Virus record (IMG/VR): IMGVR_UViG_3300048060_000074 | Origin: a virus | Reading direction: 5' to 3' (one strand) | Length of the DNA: 23,752 nt | Shown: positions 6,768 through 17,122 of the stretch, piece by piece | How the letters are laid out: every line of letters starts with the position of its first letter | Numbering within the stretch: the stretch's first letter is position 1 | The notes under the pieces: generated by a model | What the model was told of the DNA's origin: nothing | What the model saw: the letters and a program-made list of their open reading frames with translations, nothing else | Databases searched by the model: none | Position numbers and translations under genes: made by a program

Positions 6768-9700
6768 ATGGCAGACGTAATAGAACTATATCGAGCAAAA
6801 CTAGAATACGATCTGGATTCAGACAGAGCTCTTTCTGAGGTCGAAAAGCTGCGAAAGCATATGAGAGGCTTTGCTGACGAGGTGAGCACCTTCGAGACCG
6901 AGGTCAAGGATTTTGGCACCGGCATCGCCCTTGCGCTGGAGGAACCTAGGCGGCCACTCAGGGATATGATGGCATTGTTCCGGGTTGGTCTAGAGGGCAT
7001 CAAAAAGGGAAGCGACGGCGCCGTAGGTGGGCTTTCCGCGATGTCTATTGCAGCAAGCGATCTGATCGGGCGCGTTGAGGGGATGGAAGATGTTGCCAAT
7101 GTCATAGGCGATCTTGGCCGGCTCGGGAAAACCGCTTCGGCCTTCTTCGACCGCCTGAGTGGGCGAGGTAGGGGGCTTGCCCAGGACATGAATCGTGTCA
7201 TGCGCATGACAAGCGAGCTTGGCGAAGTGATGGCTACTCAGGCTCGTGCGGTTCGCATTGCCCACCAGGATGAGCTTCGGCAGATCGGCGAGCGGATACG
7301 CAATATCAAGCTCGTAATCACCGAGCAGCGAAATCTTGCTGCCGAGATGGAGAAGCGTATCACTGCCGAGCAGCAGAGCGATGTTGCCATGCAGAAACGG
7401 CTTGTTATTTTACAACAGTCCGAAGACCTGATAGGCCGCAGGATTGATTTGTTAGTGCAAGAAAAAGATCGGATGACTGACATTGCGGATGCGGCTGAGT
7501 CTGGTTCCGAGAAACAGAAGCAAAGTTTGGCTAAGATAGAATCTATGGAGATTCGTTATGACGAATTACTCCAAAGGCGGCAGAGAACTACCCAAGAGAT
7601 CAACGAGATACAGGAAAAAGGCGCCGGTACTGAATCCCGCATCACCAAGTTGCGACAAGATGCCGCCAAGGCGACCGAGAAGATGTCTGCCGCCACAGCC
7701 AGTCTTGCCAAGCACCAGGAGGAGCACAATTTCAAGCTCCGTATCCAGGGCCCACTAATCCAAAACGCCGCCAAGCATATGCAGTCAGCGCGGACTGCCC
7801 TGCGCCACCTGGAAACAGGATGGGAGGCCACTGGCAAGATTGCAGATCAAAGACTCGCCGATGTCAATCGCGGGCTGCGGCTGTTTATGCAGGAGTCTCG
7901 CAGGGCAAGAAGGGCTGGCGTCGAGTTGCCAGCGGCGATGGTCAATTCGTACACGAAAGCCTCTCAGCTACTCGATATCTGGAATCAGAAAGCTAAGGAG
8001 CAGCGACAGGAGGCCGAGAAAGGAGAAAAGACTTCCAGGAAATTGACTGCTGCTACAGATGCGCAGGCCACTTCTGTCGAGGGCGCTGCGGTGGCTACTG
8101 ACAAATACGCCAAGAGCGTTTCCAAGGTAGAGCTATCAAGCCGCAAGGTATCGACCTCGATGCAGAATGTAAGCCAGTCGATTCGGACAGTTAGCAGGTC
8201 ATTTTCTGGCGTGTCGCCAATTATTTCACAAGCCACAAGCGTGGTCACATCGTTCTCTGACCAGATTACTTCGACATTTACTCGTGCTGCCAACCTTGCC
8301 GAAAGTGGCGCGAAGAGAATAAAGGTATCGCTGCTCGCCATTGGTGGTGTGCTCACTGCGCTTGGAGGTATCACTCTCGGCTTTCTGAAGAAAACTGGAA
8401 TGCTTGCCGCAGAGGTAAAAACCCTAGATGTGACGATGCGTACCGTGGCACGCAACCTGGCTATCAACGCCGGCGCTGATTGGCAAAAGTTCACGTCGTA
8501 TGTCGTCGACCTCAGAGACAACCTCAAAGGAATTACGACAAGAGAGGCTACAAAGGCAGTCACCTCATTTTTGATCGGCAAGCTGCCCATAGATAGATTG
8601 AATGACCTCGCGACCGCAGCCAAGAACTTTGGTGTTACCGTGGCGAACATGTCGTCGTCGCAAGTGCTTGGGCGATTCAACGAGTTCATCCAGTCTGGAA
8701 ATACTGCGCTCTTAAAGGCCATCGGCATTGTAAAGACTGCCGACGAAATGCACAAAGACTATGCAAAGACGCTGGGCATTACCACGAAGCAAATGACCGG
8801 CCAGCAGAAACAGCTTGCTCGTATCGAGGGCATACTTGGGCAGGTTGCGCTGACAGCGGGCGTCTACGGCGAGGCGATGAAGACTGCCGGAAAGCAGTTG
8901 TCATCTATGAGCCGTCTAATAGAGACCGCATTGCAACTTCTTGGCGAACGATACGAGCCAATGCTCGCCAGGATCATTATGGGCGTCAACAGTCTGCTCA
9001 AGTGGTTCGTAGAGCTTCCGCCGTTCGTCATAGATGCGGTTGCGGCGTTCATCAAGTGGTCGGCGATTCTAGGCACGATTTCTGGCATTGTCCTTGCCTT
9101 GGGCCCGGCTCTAAGTAAGCTCATCCCTATTATCAAGGTGATCGGTGCCCAATTCGCCAGGTCGTTGCCTGTCATATTTGCTATCGGGGCAGCGATAGGT
9201 ATCGTGGTTGCGGCTGTCAAGTTACTCCAGGCAGCGTGGCAGTCCGGCGCTGGCGCGGAGCTTGCAGCTTCCCTGAAACGTATCATCGACATGCTTCTGA
9301 ATCAGCTAAAGCCTGTGCTGGATGATATCCGGTTCTGGATTAACACCGTGCGATTTGCAGCGGAAGAGTTGTTTAGCGCTATAGCAGAGCTTCTTAGTAC
9401 CTTGCTAGGCGCCGCGTCCGAGGTCCTTGGCGCCGTGCAGTTGAATTTTCGCAGGGCGTTCAATCGCATCAGGGATATCGTCAATGGTGTTGGGCTGGCT
9501 ATCACCCAAACCTTGAGGGGTATCACCGCCCTCGTCCGTGGGGACACCGTTAAGGGCATGCAGTTTCTCGAAAGCGCCGTCGAGAATGTGCTGACTTCCA
9601 TTGCTTTACTTTTCAAGAACTTTATTGGCAAGGCGTCTGCCTGGGGATGGAATCTGGTCGTCGAGTTTGCGAACGGCATAACTCTGGCTGCCTCCAAGGT

Positions 9701-12479
9701 ATTAGCCAAGGTCATGAACTGGTTCGGTAGTGTCATTGGCAAGTTCCTAGCTCCTGGGTCTCCCCCAGAACGAGGCCCACTGAAGTTCATCGCCGATTGG
9801 GGCAAGGGACTGTCCGAGATATTCCTGCGCTCGTTCGCCTCGGCGGACTTTGGTATTTTGAGAGATGCTGTGGCTCCGATCCAGCAAGCCCTGCAATCCG
9901 CCGTCGCGGCAGGCGCACTTGATGAGGAAGACCTGATACCGTCTGTCCAGGCGGTCCGCAAGCAGATGGCTGGACTGATTGCCGATTTCAGGGAGACCGG
10001 CGAGATCAACGAAGAGATCATGTCGCAGATGAGTGAGCGTCTTGGCGAAGGTGGCGAGATGTTCTTGGAATACACACGTCGCGTCCTCGAACACCAGAAA
10101 GCTCTCAAGGGGTTAGAGGAGGTACAAGAGGACTATGCCGATGCGCAGGAAGCAGGATTTGTACCGAAAGCGTTACAGGACAGGCTGGCGGCAGCAGAGG
10201 AGGAAGTATCGGCGGCAGAAGAGGCCGTCAACTGGCAAAAGGAATACGTAGCTGCCCTTCAGGAAACCTCCGACTTGCAGCTTGAACAGTTGGCACTACT
10301 AGAGCGTATGGCGAAGGCAATGGAGAAAGGAATAGATCCAGCCAAGATGGGCGGTGCGATTGGCAAGGCGGTTGGAGCAGCCATAGAAGAAGCCATGCAG
10401 CTCGATTTTCCAGATATAGGCGCCGAGTCGATTTTTACAGGTTTCGAGGAGGGGCGCGCAAGGATTGGGCAGGTCTCTCAGGAATTCATCGACATGCGCG
10501 ATAGAGTACGCGAGGTTATCCAGTCTGTCAAGGACTGGATTGCTCTTCCGTTCAACGAGAAGATACTTGCGCTTGGCGAGTGGCTTACCGGAGTTGGCGC
10601 AGACTTTCTAAAATGGGCTGAGGATGTCACCGGGCTGGACTTTAGCAAGCTCGCCGAGGACATAGGAACGTTTGGGGAAGAGGCGCTGGGCTGGCTGGAG
10701 AAGATCACCGGATGGGATATTTCCGAGTGGGGCGAGAGCATCAAGAAAGCCGTAGGCGATGCTTGGGATTGGATAGTCGAGAAGGCCAAGTGGCTCTACG
10801 AGCAACTTGTCGGCGAATCCTACATCCCGGACACAGTCAACGAAACGATCACGTGGTTTGAAAAACTAGAGACGTGGTTCGCCAATAGCAAGATCGGCAA
10901 GTTCATCGACAAGATTGTTGAAGTGTTTGAAGCAATAGCTGGCGTCGTTGCATCTATAGGCGCTGCGACAGCCATCGTGGCGATCATTGCTGCCATAGCT
11001 AACTTTGGAACCATTGTGGCGGCTGTCGCCGGGCCTCTCGTTAGCCTCTATGAGACTGTAGTTCTCCTGGGGTTGGTTTTCGGGGAGGTTGCTGGAGCTA
11101 TAACGGCGACACTCGCGCCGGTGATTGCCATAGTCGCCGCCGTCGTAGCTGCAATAGCCCTCTTGGCATACGGTATCTGGAGCAACCGCGAGCAGCTTGT
11201 CGGAATCTGGCAGAGCCTCAAAGAAGAGTTCATGACGATGTGGAACCTTGTAAAACCTGCGCTGGCAGATATCTGGGATTTGTTGCGACCAATATTAACG
11301 GGAATTGGGATTGGGATTGCTGCGGTGGCCGGCTTTATTGGGGTGGTTTTGGTCAGCGCAATTCAGGCGCTCTGGGATCTTGTCGTAACAGCCCTGCCGT
11401 ACATTCAGAGGATCTTCAGTGGTGTTTTTACTTTCATTCATGGGCTAATCCAGACATTCATACTGCCAATTTTCTATACATTGATCGGTGTTCTCAACCT
11501 GCTGACAGGCAACAACGAGGAGGCCGCGCAAGCGTTTCAGAAGGCATGGGAGAACATTAAGGAGGGCGTGAAAAATGTCCTGGACGGGCTGTGGACTATC
11601 ATCAGCGAACTATTTCTCGGCATCCTGGATTCTCTGGGCGCGTTTATCAGTTCGTTCATAGAGCACTTTGTCGAGTGGCTTGGCAAGATATTAGAGCACT
11701 TTGGCATCATCGACGAGGAGACCAGAGAAAAGTGGGAAGCTCTCTGGAGCAACGTTTGGGAGAAAGTCAAAACAACCCTGGAGCAAATCTGGGAAATAAT
11801 AAAGTTCTTTGGGGAGGACTTTATAGAGTGGATAAGCGATCTAATCGAGGGTATCATTCAATGGTTCAAAGACCTGTACGATGCTCTCATTGGAAAATCT
11901 ATCATTACAGACCTGGTCGAGGGCATTCTTGGCCTATGGGAAGACCTTGTAGACGGCACGGTCGAGTGGTTTCAGGATTTGTACGATGCCATCGTCGGTA
12001 AGGTGCAAGAGGTCTACGATGATGCCATTGCTATAGCTGAGACGTTCGTAGACATCGGGACAAAGATCGTAGAGAATATCGTCGCCGGCGTGAACGAAAA
12101 GATCGAGTGGGCCAAGACTCAGATCAAAGAGGGGTGGGACAAGATCAAGGAAACCTTGCCCTTCTCCGAGCCCAAGGACCGCACCTCTCCTCTATACGGG
12201 CTAGGCAAGGCCGGCGAAGCTATCATGAGCAATATCGTCGAGGGCATGGGAAACTTTGATGTCTCTGGTGCGGTTGGTGCGCAGCTAGGCAATATCACTG
12301 CGCAGCTTGCCACGGCATCGCCGACGAACAATTACAACCGTCAGTATAACATTGGGGCCGGCGCAATCCAGGCCAGTTTTCCAGGAGTAACGCGCGGGAT
12401 CGACGCGGGAAACGTCATGGGCGTACTCCAGGGACAGGTTGATACTGCAACCCAGATGGGGCATTTCAGACCAAGCTAG
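6768..12479 (+). CDS. Tail tape measure protein
   Basis: 1903 aa, Ala-rich and helical, coiled-coil N-terminus, hydrophobic segments and Trp/Phe-periodic repeats; follows the G/GT chaperone. Confidence 0.92.
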   Translation: MADVIELYRAKLEYDLDSDRALSEVEKLRKHMRGFADEVSTFETEVKDFGTGIALALEEPRRPLRDMMALFRVGLEGIKKGSDGAVGGLSAMSIAASDLIGRVEGMEDVANVIGDLGRLGKTASAFFDRLSGRGRGLAQDMNRVMRMTSELGEVMATQARAVRIAHQDELRQIGERIRNIKLVITEQRNLAAEMEKRITAEQQSDVAMQKRLVILQQSEDLIGRRIDLLVQEKDRMTDIADAAESGSEKQKQSLAKIESMEIRYDELLQRRQRTTQEINEIQEKGAGTESRITKLRQDAAKATEKMSAATASLAKHQEEHNFKLRIQGPLIQNAAKHMQSARTALRHLETGWEATGKIADQRLADVNRGLRLFMQESRRARRAGVELPAAMVNSYTKASQLLDIWNQKAKEQRQEAEKGEKTSRKLTAATDAQATSVEGAAVATDKYAKSVSKVELSSRKVSTSMQNVSQSIRTVSRSFSGVSPIISQATSVVTSFSDQITSTFTRAANLAESGAKRIKVSLLAIGGVLTALGGITLGFLKKTGMLAAEVKTLDVTMRTVARNLAINAGADWQKFTSYVVDLRDNLKGITTREATKAVTSFLIGKLPIDRLNDLATAAKNFGVTVANMSSSQVLGRFNEFIQSGNTALLKAIGIVKTADEMHKDYAKTLGITTKQMTGQQKQLARIEGILGQVALTAGVYGEAMKTAGKQLSSMSRLIETALQLLGERYEPMLARIIMGVNSLLKWFVELPPFVIDAVAAFIKWSAILGTISGIVLALGPALSKLIPIIKVIGAQFARSLPVIFAIGAAIGIVVAAVKLLQAAWQSGAGAELAASLKRIIDMLLNQLKPVLDDIRFWINTVRFAAEELFSAIAELLSTLLGAASEVLGAVQLNFRRAFNRIRDIVNGVGLAITQTLRGITALVRGDTVKGMQFLESAVENVLTSIALLFKNFIGKASAWGWNLVVEFANGITLAASKVLAKVMNWFGSVIGKFLAPGSPPERGPLKFIADWGKGLSEIFLRSFASADFGILRDAVAPIQQALQSAVAAGALDEEDLIPSVQAVRKQMAGLIADFRETGEINEEIMSQMSERLGEGGEMFLEYTRRVLEHQKALKGLEEVQEDYADAQEAGFVPKALQDRLAAAEEEVSAAEEAVNWQKEYVAALQETSDLQLEQLALLERMAKAMEKGIDPAKMGGAIGKAVGAAIEEAMQLDFPDIGAESIFTGFEEGRARIGQVSQEFIDMRDRVREVIQSVKDWIALPFNEKILALGEWLTGVGADFLKWAEDVTGLDFSKLAEDIGTFGEEALGWLEKITGWDISEWGESIKKAVGDAWDWIVEKAKWLYEQLVGESYIPDTVNETITWFEKLETWFANSKIGKFIDKIVEVFEAIAGVVASIGAATAIVAIIAAIANFGTIVAAVAGPLVSLYETVVLLGLVFGEVAGAITATLAPVIAIVAAVVAAIALLAYGIWSNREQLVGIWQSLKEEFMTMWNLVKPALADIWDLLRPILTGIGIGIAAVAGFIGVVLVSAIQALWDLVVTALPYIQRIFSGVFTFIHGLIQTFILPIFYTLIGVLNLLTGNNEEAAQAFQKAWENIKEGVKNVLDGLWTIISELFLGILDSLGAFISSFIEHFVEWLGKILEHFGIIDEETREKWEALWSNVWEKVKTTLEQIWEIIKFFGEDFIEWISDLIEGIIQWFKDLYDALIGKSIITDLVEGILGLWEDLVDGTVEWFQDLYDAIVGKVQEVYDDAIAIAETFVDIGTKIVENIVAGVNEKIEWAKTQIKEGWDKIKETLPFSEPKDRTSPLYGLGKAGEAIMSNIVEGMGNFDVSGAVGAQLGNITAQLATASPTNNYNRQYNIGAGAIQASFPGVTRGIDAGNVMGVLQGQVDTATQMGHFRPS

Positions 12480-12486
12480 AGTTTGG

Positions 12487-12502
12487 TTTTACACGTATAA
12501 AA
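12487..12502 (+). repeat. 16 bp motif, copy 3
   Basis: TTTTACACGTATAAAA; 12487-12514 matches 165-192 at 27/28 positions. Confidence 0.9.
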
Positions 12503-12518
12503 TGGAGTCTAAGTCTAA

Positions 12519-15059
12519 ATGGCAGCAGGAATCTTCACAGTCATACCACGTTCTCCGGGTATTGCGTCTATCACGTGCTCTATCATCGGGGACGGCGGGA
12601 CGACAGATTATCAGGTCATCCCCGACTCGGTAGACATCCACGAGGTGGAGCGAATCAAGATCGCTTATGCGGAGGGCAAGGTCGGCGGGCATGTCCAGGG
12701 CATCACTCGGTCTTTGGCCCAATTCCAGTTCGATGTGGTGATATTCGGCACGAGTGAGGCAAATGCTCAAGCTAACATGCGCACGTTCCAGCGGGCGATC
12801 ACCGACCCTATGGGTGGGCATGTACAGTATCGCCCTTCTGGCCTTGGGGGAAGTGTTATCTCTACATACTACCATTACCTGATGTCCCCGCCGATGCAGC
12901 TTTTTCCTGTTGCCGGTGTTCAGGGTCGTGCCCGTGCCTGGACGCGACCTGGTGGCGCCATAACAGATGAGGCGTATCGCTATCGGGCCACGTTGATGAC
13001 CAAGGCGTGGGGGACAAGTGACCCAACCTCGTATAGCTCCATCGTTACGTCGACAGGGGTGGACAACGAGGGAGGGACAATGGTTGTGCCTGCCTCCAGT
13101 ATTAAGGGCGATGGCGCGCTTGGGGTGCTAGAGGTGGTCGGGACAATGAGCTCTGGCGATGACGTGCTCAAGAACGCCATTGTCTACAAGCGAAAGATGC
13201 GGGTTGGCAATAACTCTGACCTCGACTGGATCGAGGCTGAAAATATGCAGGATCCTGTCGGCGGAAATTATAACTATGCGGTGTTTTGTGGTATTGTTTG
13301 GAGAGCGCCGGAGGGAGACACAAATTATCCTATTGATATTGTAGACGACGGGTTTGATACAGACAGTCTGACGACAGCAAAAATGCAAGCGGACGGCGAC
13401 GATCTGCGCGTATTCAATGGGGGAGTGGAGATTGATCGCTGGCTATATGACATGGACAATGCTACAACTCAGGTATGGTGCAACCTGGACTTTGCGGTGG
13501 CGATCAGCATGACGCTGAATGGGGGCATATCTAGCAGCATTCAGTCAGTGGTTGTAAACGAGAGCATCGCCGGAATGCCTAGCACTGGCATCATTAAGAT
13601 AGATTCGGAGTACCTGTCCTATAGCTCGAAAAACAATTCCAGTAAAACGTTTACGATATCTAGTCGCGGCTATGGAAATACGACCGCAGCCTCTCATTCA
13701 GATTCAGTTGCTACTTACTGGGTGCAGCATGACCTGTGGATTGTTTATGGAGACGCGGGCGCTTCGACCCCTGCCGTTAATGATGACTACGAGCCAGCGT
13801 TTGAACTGAGTTCTACAAACGGCAGTTGGGTTTACCAAGAATTTGGCGAAGATGACGGGTTCAGAACTGCCGGATGGATTGTTTATAATGGCTGGTTGGG
13901 GTACTACAATGGCAACCGTCGCGCCGCCGCTGATCCCTGGATCGAGATCGGGCTCGGGCCTGCGGCCTTGGGTGAGTTATATTGGTATTTGCACAACCCA
14001 TGCCAGATTACCAACGCGAATTTTACAAACGGCGAAAGCCTTCGGAATGTTTCTGCCGGGTTCTGGACTGGCGAGATTCGGTCGAGCCAAAACGGATCGG
14101 CATGGACGACCGAATACACAATTCCCGATCCTGCCGTGGCAGGCGTATGGGACTCGTGGAGCAGAAACGAGGCAATTACGGCTGGTGCTACTTACGTCTC
14201 AATGTATCTTCAAATAAGCACCGATGTGCTCAACCAAGATTCTCTTGAGGCCGCAGATTGCACATTGACTCTTAACCCATCATACACTCCAGTCGTAACT
14301 GTAGAAGCGGAAATTGCTTACGCCTGGACGCAAATTGGCGATGCGGCTGCTTCTGGAAATAATTATATGAGGCTTGGCATTCCGGTATCGTATCTTGCGA
14401 TAACATCATCCAACACCGCCGGAATGGATCGTACATATACCGGCAAAGTCTCTCCTCTTGTCATTGCAAGATGTGATGTTGGAACAAACTACAATGTCCA
14501 CTGGGTGGTGTATGTGTCAAACAGGGTTGCGTCCTGGCAAACATCTAGGGTGGTCTTGCTGGAAGGGTCAACTTATTGGAAGTGCTTGTATCAGTTTGGG
14601 GAGATAGACCTGCCTCCGTTTCCAATCCCAGATTATGTTTCCGAAGCGAATATAGACAGCTATATTGATACGGTGTTTATCGAGCTTACGTTCACCAGAA
14701 TATCTGGTGGCGGCAACATTGAGGTGGACGCTGTTTGTCTTGCCAAAGCAGACGAATGGATTTCTCATGTCTATAACTCTGTAGACTCGACAGGTTTGCA
14801 AGAATCAACGGATGACACGTTGGTCATAGACGCTGTCGAGAATATCACCCATACCAAGGATGCTTCCGATCTAGTGAAACAGTACTGGGAACGACAAGGC
14901 GTACCACTTAGCCAGCTTGCTTTTGATAAGCGGTTCGATCACCGCCTCAGGGTGGTTGGATTTATGGATACGTCTACTTATAAATATACACCGACATACA
15001 CATTTAACGTTGTTCTCACAGGACTTTTTCTAACCATCTTTCCTTTTTCCGAGACTTAG
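12519..15059 (+). CDS. Distal tail (Dit-like) protein with inserted accessory domains
   Basis: First gene after the tape measure gene; 846 aa, beta-rich. Contains a DUF2341-like segment (KMQADGDDLRVF...VWCNL...IVYGD) and EAE..DAAASG carbohydrate-binding-like motifs. Confidence 0.55.
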   Translation: MAAGIFTVIPRSPGIASITCSIIGDGGTTDYQVIPDSVDIHEVERIKIAYAEGKVGGHVQGITRSLAQFQFDVVIFGTSEANAQANMRTFQRAITDPMGGHVQYRPSGLGGSVISTYYHYLMSPPMQLFPVAGVQGRARAWTRPGGAITDEAYRYRATLMTKAWGTSDPTSYSSIVTSTGVDNEGGTMVVPASSIKGDGALGVLEVVGTMSSGDDVLKNAIVYKRKMRVGNNSDLDWIEAENMQDPVGGNYNYAVFCGIVWRAPEGDTNYPIDIVDDGFDTDSLTTAKMQADGDDLRVFNGGVEIDRWLYDMDNATTQVWCNLDFAVAISMTLNGGISSSIQSVVVNESIAGMPSTGIIKIDSEYLSYSSKNNSSKTFTISSRGYGNTTAASHSDSVATYWVQHDLWIVYGDAGASTPAVNDDYEPAFELSSTNGSWVYQEFGEDDGFRTAGWIVYNGWLGYYNGNRRAAADPWIEIGLGPAALGELYWYLHNPCQITNANFTNGESLRNVSAGFWTGEIRSSQNGSAWTTEYTIPDPAVAGVWDSWSRNEAITAGATYVSMYLQISTDVLNQDSLEAADCTLTLNPSYTPVVTVEAEIAYAWTQIGDAAASGNNYMRLGIPVSYLAITSSNTAGMDRTYTGKVSPLVIARCDVGTNYNVHWVVYVSNRVASWQTSRVVLLEGSTYWKCLYQFGEIDLPPFPIPDYVSEANIDSYIDTVFIELTFTRISGGGNIEVDAVCLAKADEWISHVYNSVDSTGLQESTDDTLVIDAVENITHTKDASDLVKQYWERQGVPLSQLAFDKRFDHRLRVVGFMDTSTYKYTPTYTFNVVLTGLFLTIFPFSET

Positions 15060-15061
15060 AT

Positions 15062-17122
15062 ATGTCGTATCGGCCTTTCATTCCAGTTCAAATCGAAACC
15101 TACAACGAAGGCAACCGGCAGAGTATCATAGGTGATGCTACCGGGCTTTCTTTCTCGTCCCACTACGGCGAGGGCGGGAGCGGCTTCGGGTTCTGCAAGT
15201 TCGTGCTTGGACGCGAGGTCGGCAATGATTACAGAGACATAGGTTTTGGCTACCGTCTCATTGTGCGCAAGTACCTTGGCACGATCTTGTTCGATGGGCA
15301 GATCAGACAGATCGGCGAGAAAGCAGGTGCAGGTGGAGACGAGATAGAGATTGGCGCGCTTGGACACCTCATAGTTGCAGAGGACGACGAGTTCACTCGC
15401 CGCATCTGTGATACCAGGGCCAGCGAGTGGGAGATGGATAGCGAGGTGCCCACCGGCAGCTTCCAGCCCGGCAAGTTCACCGTCAACAGTGGCGCAACCG
15501 GCATCGTGATATACTCCAGCAATAACCAGGTTCTATCTGCTGGCGACTATACACAGGTCGTCTATGATTTTGAATCAGACGAGAATGGGGAACGGCTAAA
15601 GTGTAACCTCTCGATGGTACTTGGGTATGGAAATCTCAACGGCGCAGGCCCAAACTTCTCCGCCGAGATAGCGTCTATTTCGGGCACAGTGATCACCTAC
15701 ACCAATGACACTGGCGAAAACAACCTTGCGGCTGACCAGATTCTAGCCAACATCACCAAAAAGGGCACAGCCACAATCTCGTCGAACAACACTGGGGCCG
15801 ACACGATCACTGTGTCAGATGCAGATCACATCGACAAGTGGGAGACTGGGGATACTGTTTTTGTGGGCGCTCCGTACTTTGAGGCTACGTTCTCGTCCTT
15901 CGCTGGAACGACCCTGACGTACTCTGGCCCAACTGGCGAAGCTGAGGCGGCAGCGGCCACCGGGTGGGTCGTCCATAACGTCGACGAGGACGAGTACGCC
16001 GAGGTCGCAAGCTGGAACGAGGGCAGTGACCAGTTTGACGTAACAAACGCCGGAGACATCACCGGCAACTGGACGAACGGCGACACGATCCGGATCTATA
16101 CCCCGTTTGCGTTACAAGTCAGGGAAGAGGACGGCACGATGATTTGGCCTGCTTCCGACTGGCGGGAAGGCGCGATACCTAGGTCATGGACGGCGGTCAA
16201 TGTAACCCCATCCTCCGCGTCTACAAAGTTCATAGTACGGCTCACGTGTTACGTCGCTGGCAGCGCAGGCGAGTCCACGTTTGCCAACCTGAACTCGCTC
16301 AGGGTCTACTCGGTTACAGACGAAACGGTAACATCTCAAACCCTGGCTACTGAGATACTGAGCATCCTAAGTGCTGCCGGACATGATCTGAGCAGTGATA
16401 CTGATGATATCGAGGCGATTTCCAAGACGCTAGAGCCAGCCGTGTTCGAGTACGCAGCGCCATCCCAGGTGATGTCCTGGGTATGCAAGGCCGGGGACGG
16501 ATCGGGGAACCTGCTTGCCTGGGGAGTTCGGTTGACTGATGGCAGGAAGTTCTTTCTCGAAACGCAGGATAGGTCCACGATTGACTATAAGGTCCGTCGG
16601 GATGTCCCTGTTGAGGCCAGTGTTTCTGGCGATGTTCAGGGCTCGGTGCAGCAGGTCCGCATCGTGTACGAGGATGAGTTGGGCGTTCGACAGCACACTG
16701 ATTGGCTATCAGACGAGGATGCCTATTTTGCGGGCCACTTCCGCCGACAAAGTGTAAAGGTGGATAACATCAACACCGCAGACGAGGCTGACGAGCTCGC
16801 TGCCTTGTTTCTCAGTGAGAGCAAGCAGGCAAAGCGACAGGCCAACTATACTGTCAGCGAGGGCGCGGTGTTTACGCCAGCCGACCTGATCGTGCCAATC
16901 GACGAGGTGAAGGCCACTGGGCGGATGGTGACCATCGAAGATTGGCGCTCTGTGGAGACTGGAGGGTCGACGACGGACATTCGTGACTCGTGGACGCAGG
17001 AGAACATCGTCGTGGTGCAGATCGATTATGAAAACAGGACTGCACAACTAACGCCTGCTGGAGCGAAGGACACCTTTACCAGGTACATCGCCGAGCTATC
17101 CAGGATAAGGAGCGGTTTATGA
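15062..17122 (+). CDS. Tail tip hub (Tal/gp27-like) protein
   Basis: Second gene after the tape measure gene. N-terminal LFDGQIRQI..IEIGALG and C-terminal ADELAALFL patterns of hub proteins; internal tandem duplication. Confidence 0.55.
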   Translation: MSYRPFIPVQIETYNEGNRQSIIGDATGLSFSSHYGEGGSGFGFCKFVLGREVGNDYRDIGFGYRLIVRKYLGTILFDGQIRQIGEKAGAGGDEIEIGALGHLIVAEDDEFTRRICDTRASEWEMDSEVPTGSFQPGKFTVNSGATGIVIYSSNNQVLSAGDYTQVVYDFESDENGERLKCNLSMVLGYGNLNGAGPNFSAEIASISGTVITYTNDTGENNLAADQILANITKKGTATISSNNTGADTITVSDADHIDKWETGDTVFVGAPYFEATFSSFAGTTLTYSGPTGEAEAAAATGWVVHNVDEDEYAEVASWNEGSDQFDVTNAGDITGNWTNGDTIRIYTPFALQVREEDGTMIWPASDWREGAIPRSWTAVNVTPSSASTKFIVRLTCYVAGSAGESTFANLNSLRVYSVTDETVTSQTLATEILSILSAAGHDLSSDTDDIEAISKTLEPAVFEYAAPSQVMSWVCKAGDGSGNLLAWGVRLTDGRKFFLETQDRSTIDYKVRRDVPVEASVSGDVQGSVQQVRIVYEDELGVRQHTDWLSDEDAYFAGHFRRQSVKVDNINTADEADELAALFLSESKQAKRQANYTVSEGAVFTPADLIVPIDEVKATGRMVTIEDWRSVETGGSTTDIRDSWTQENIVVVQIDYENRTAQLTPAGAKDTFTRYIAELSRIRSGL

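Noticed and set aside
6990-12331. Many long antisense ORFs opposite the tape measure gene (e.g. 7985-8755, 9302-10108)
   Set aside because: Shadow frames of a long coding sequence; no recognisable motifs.
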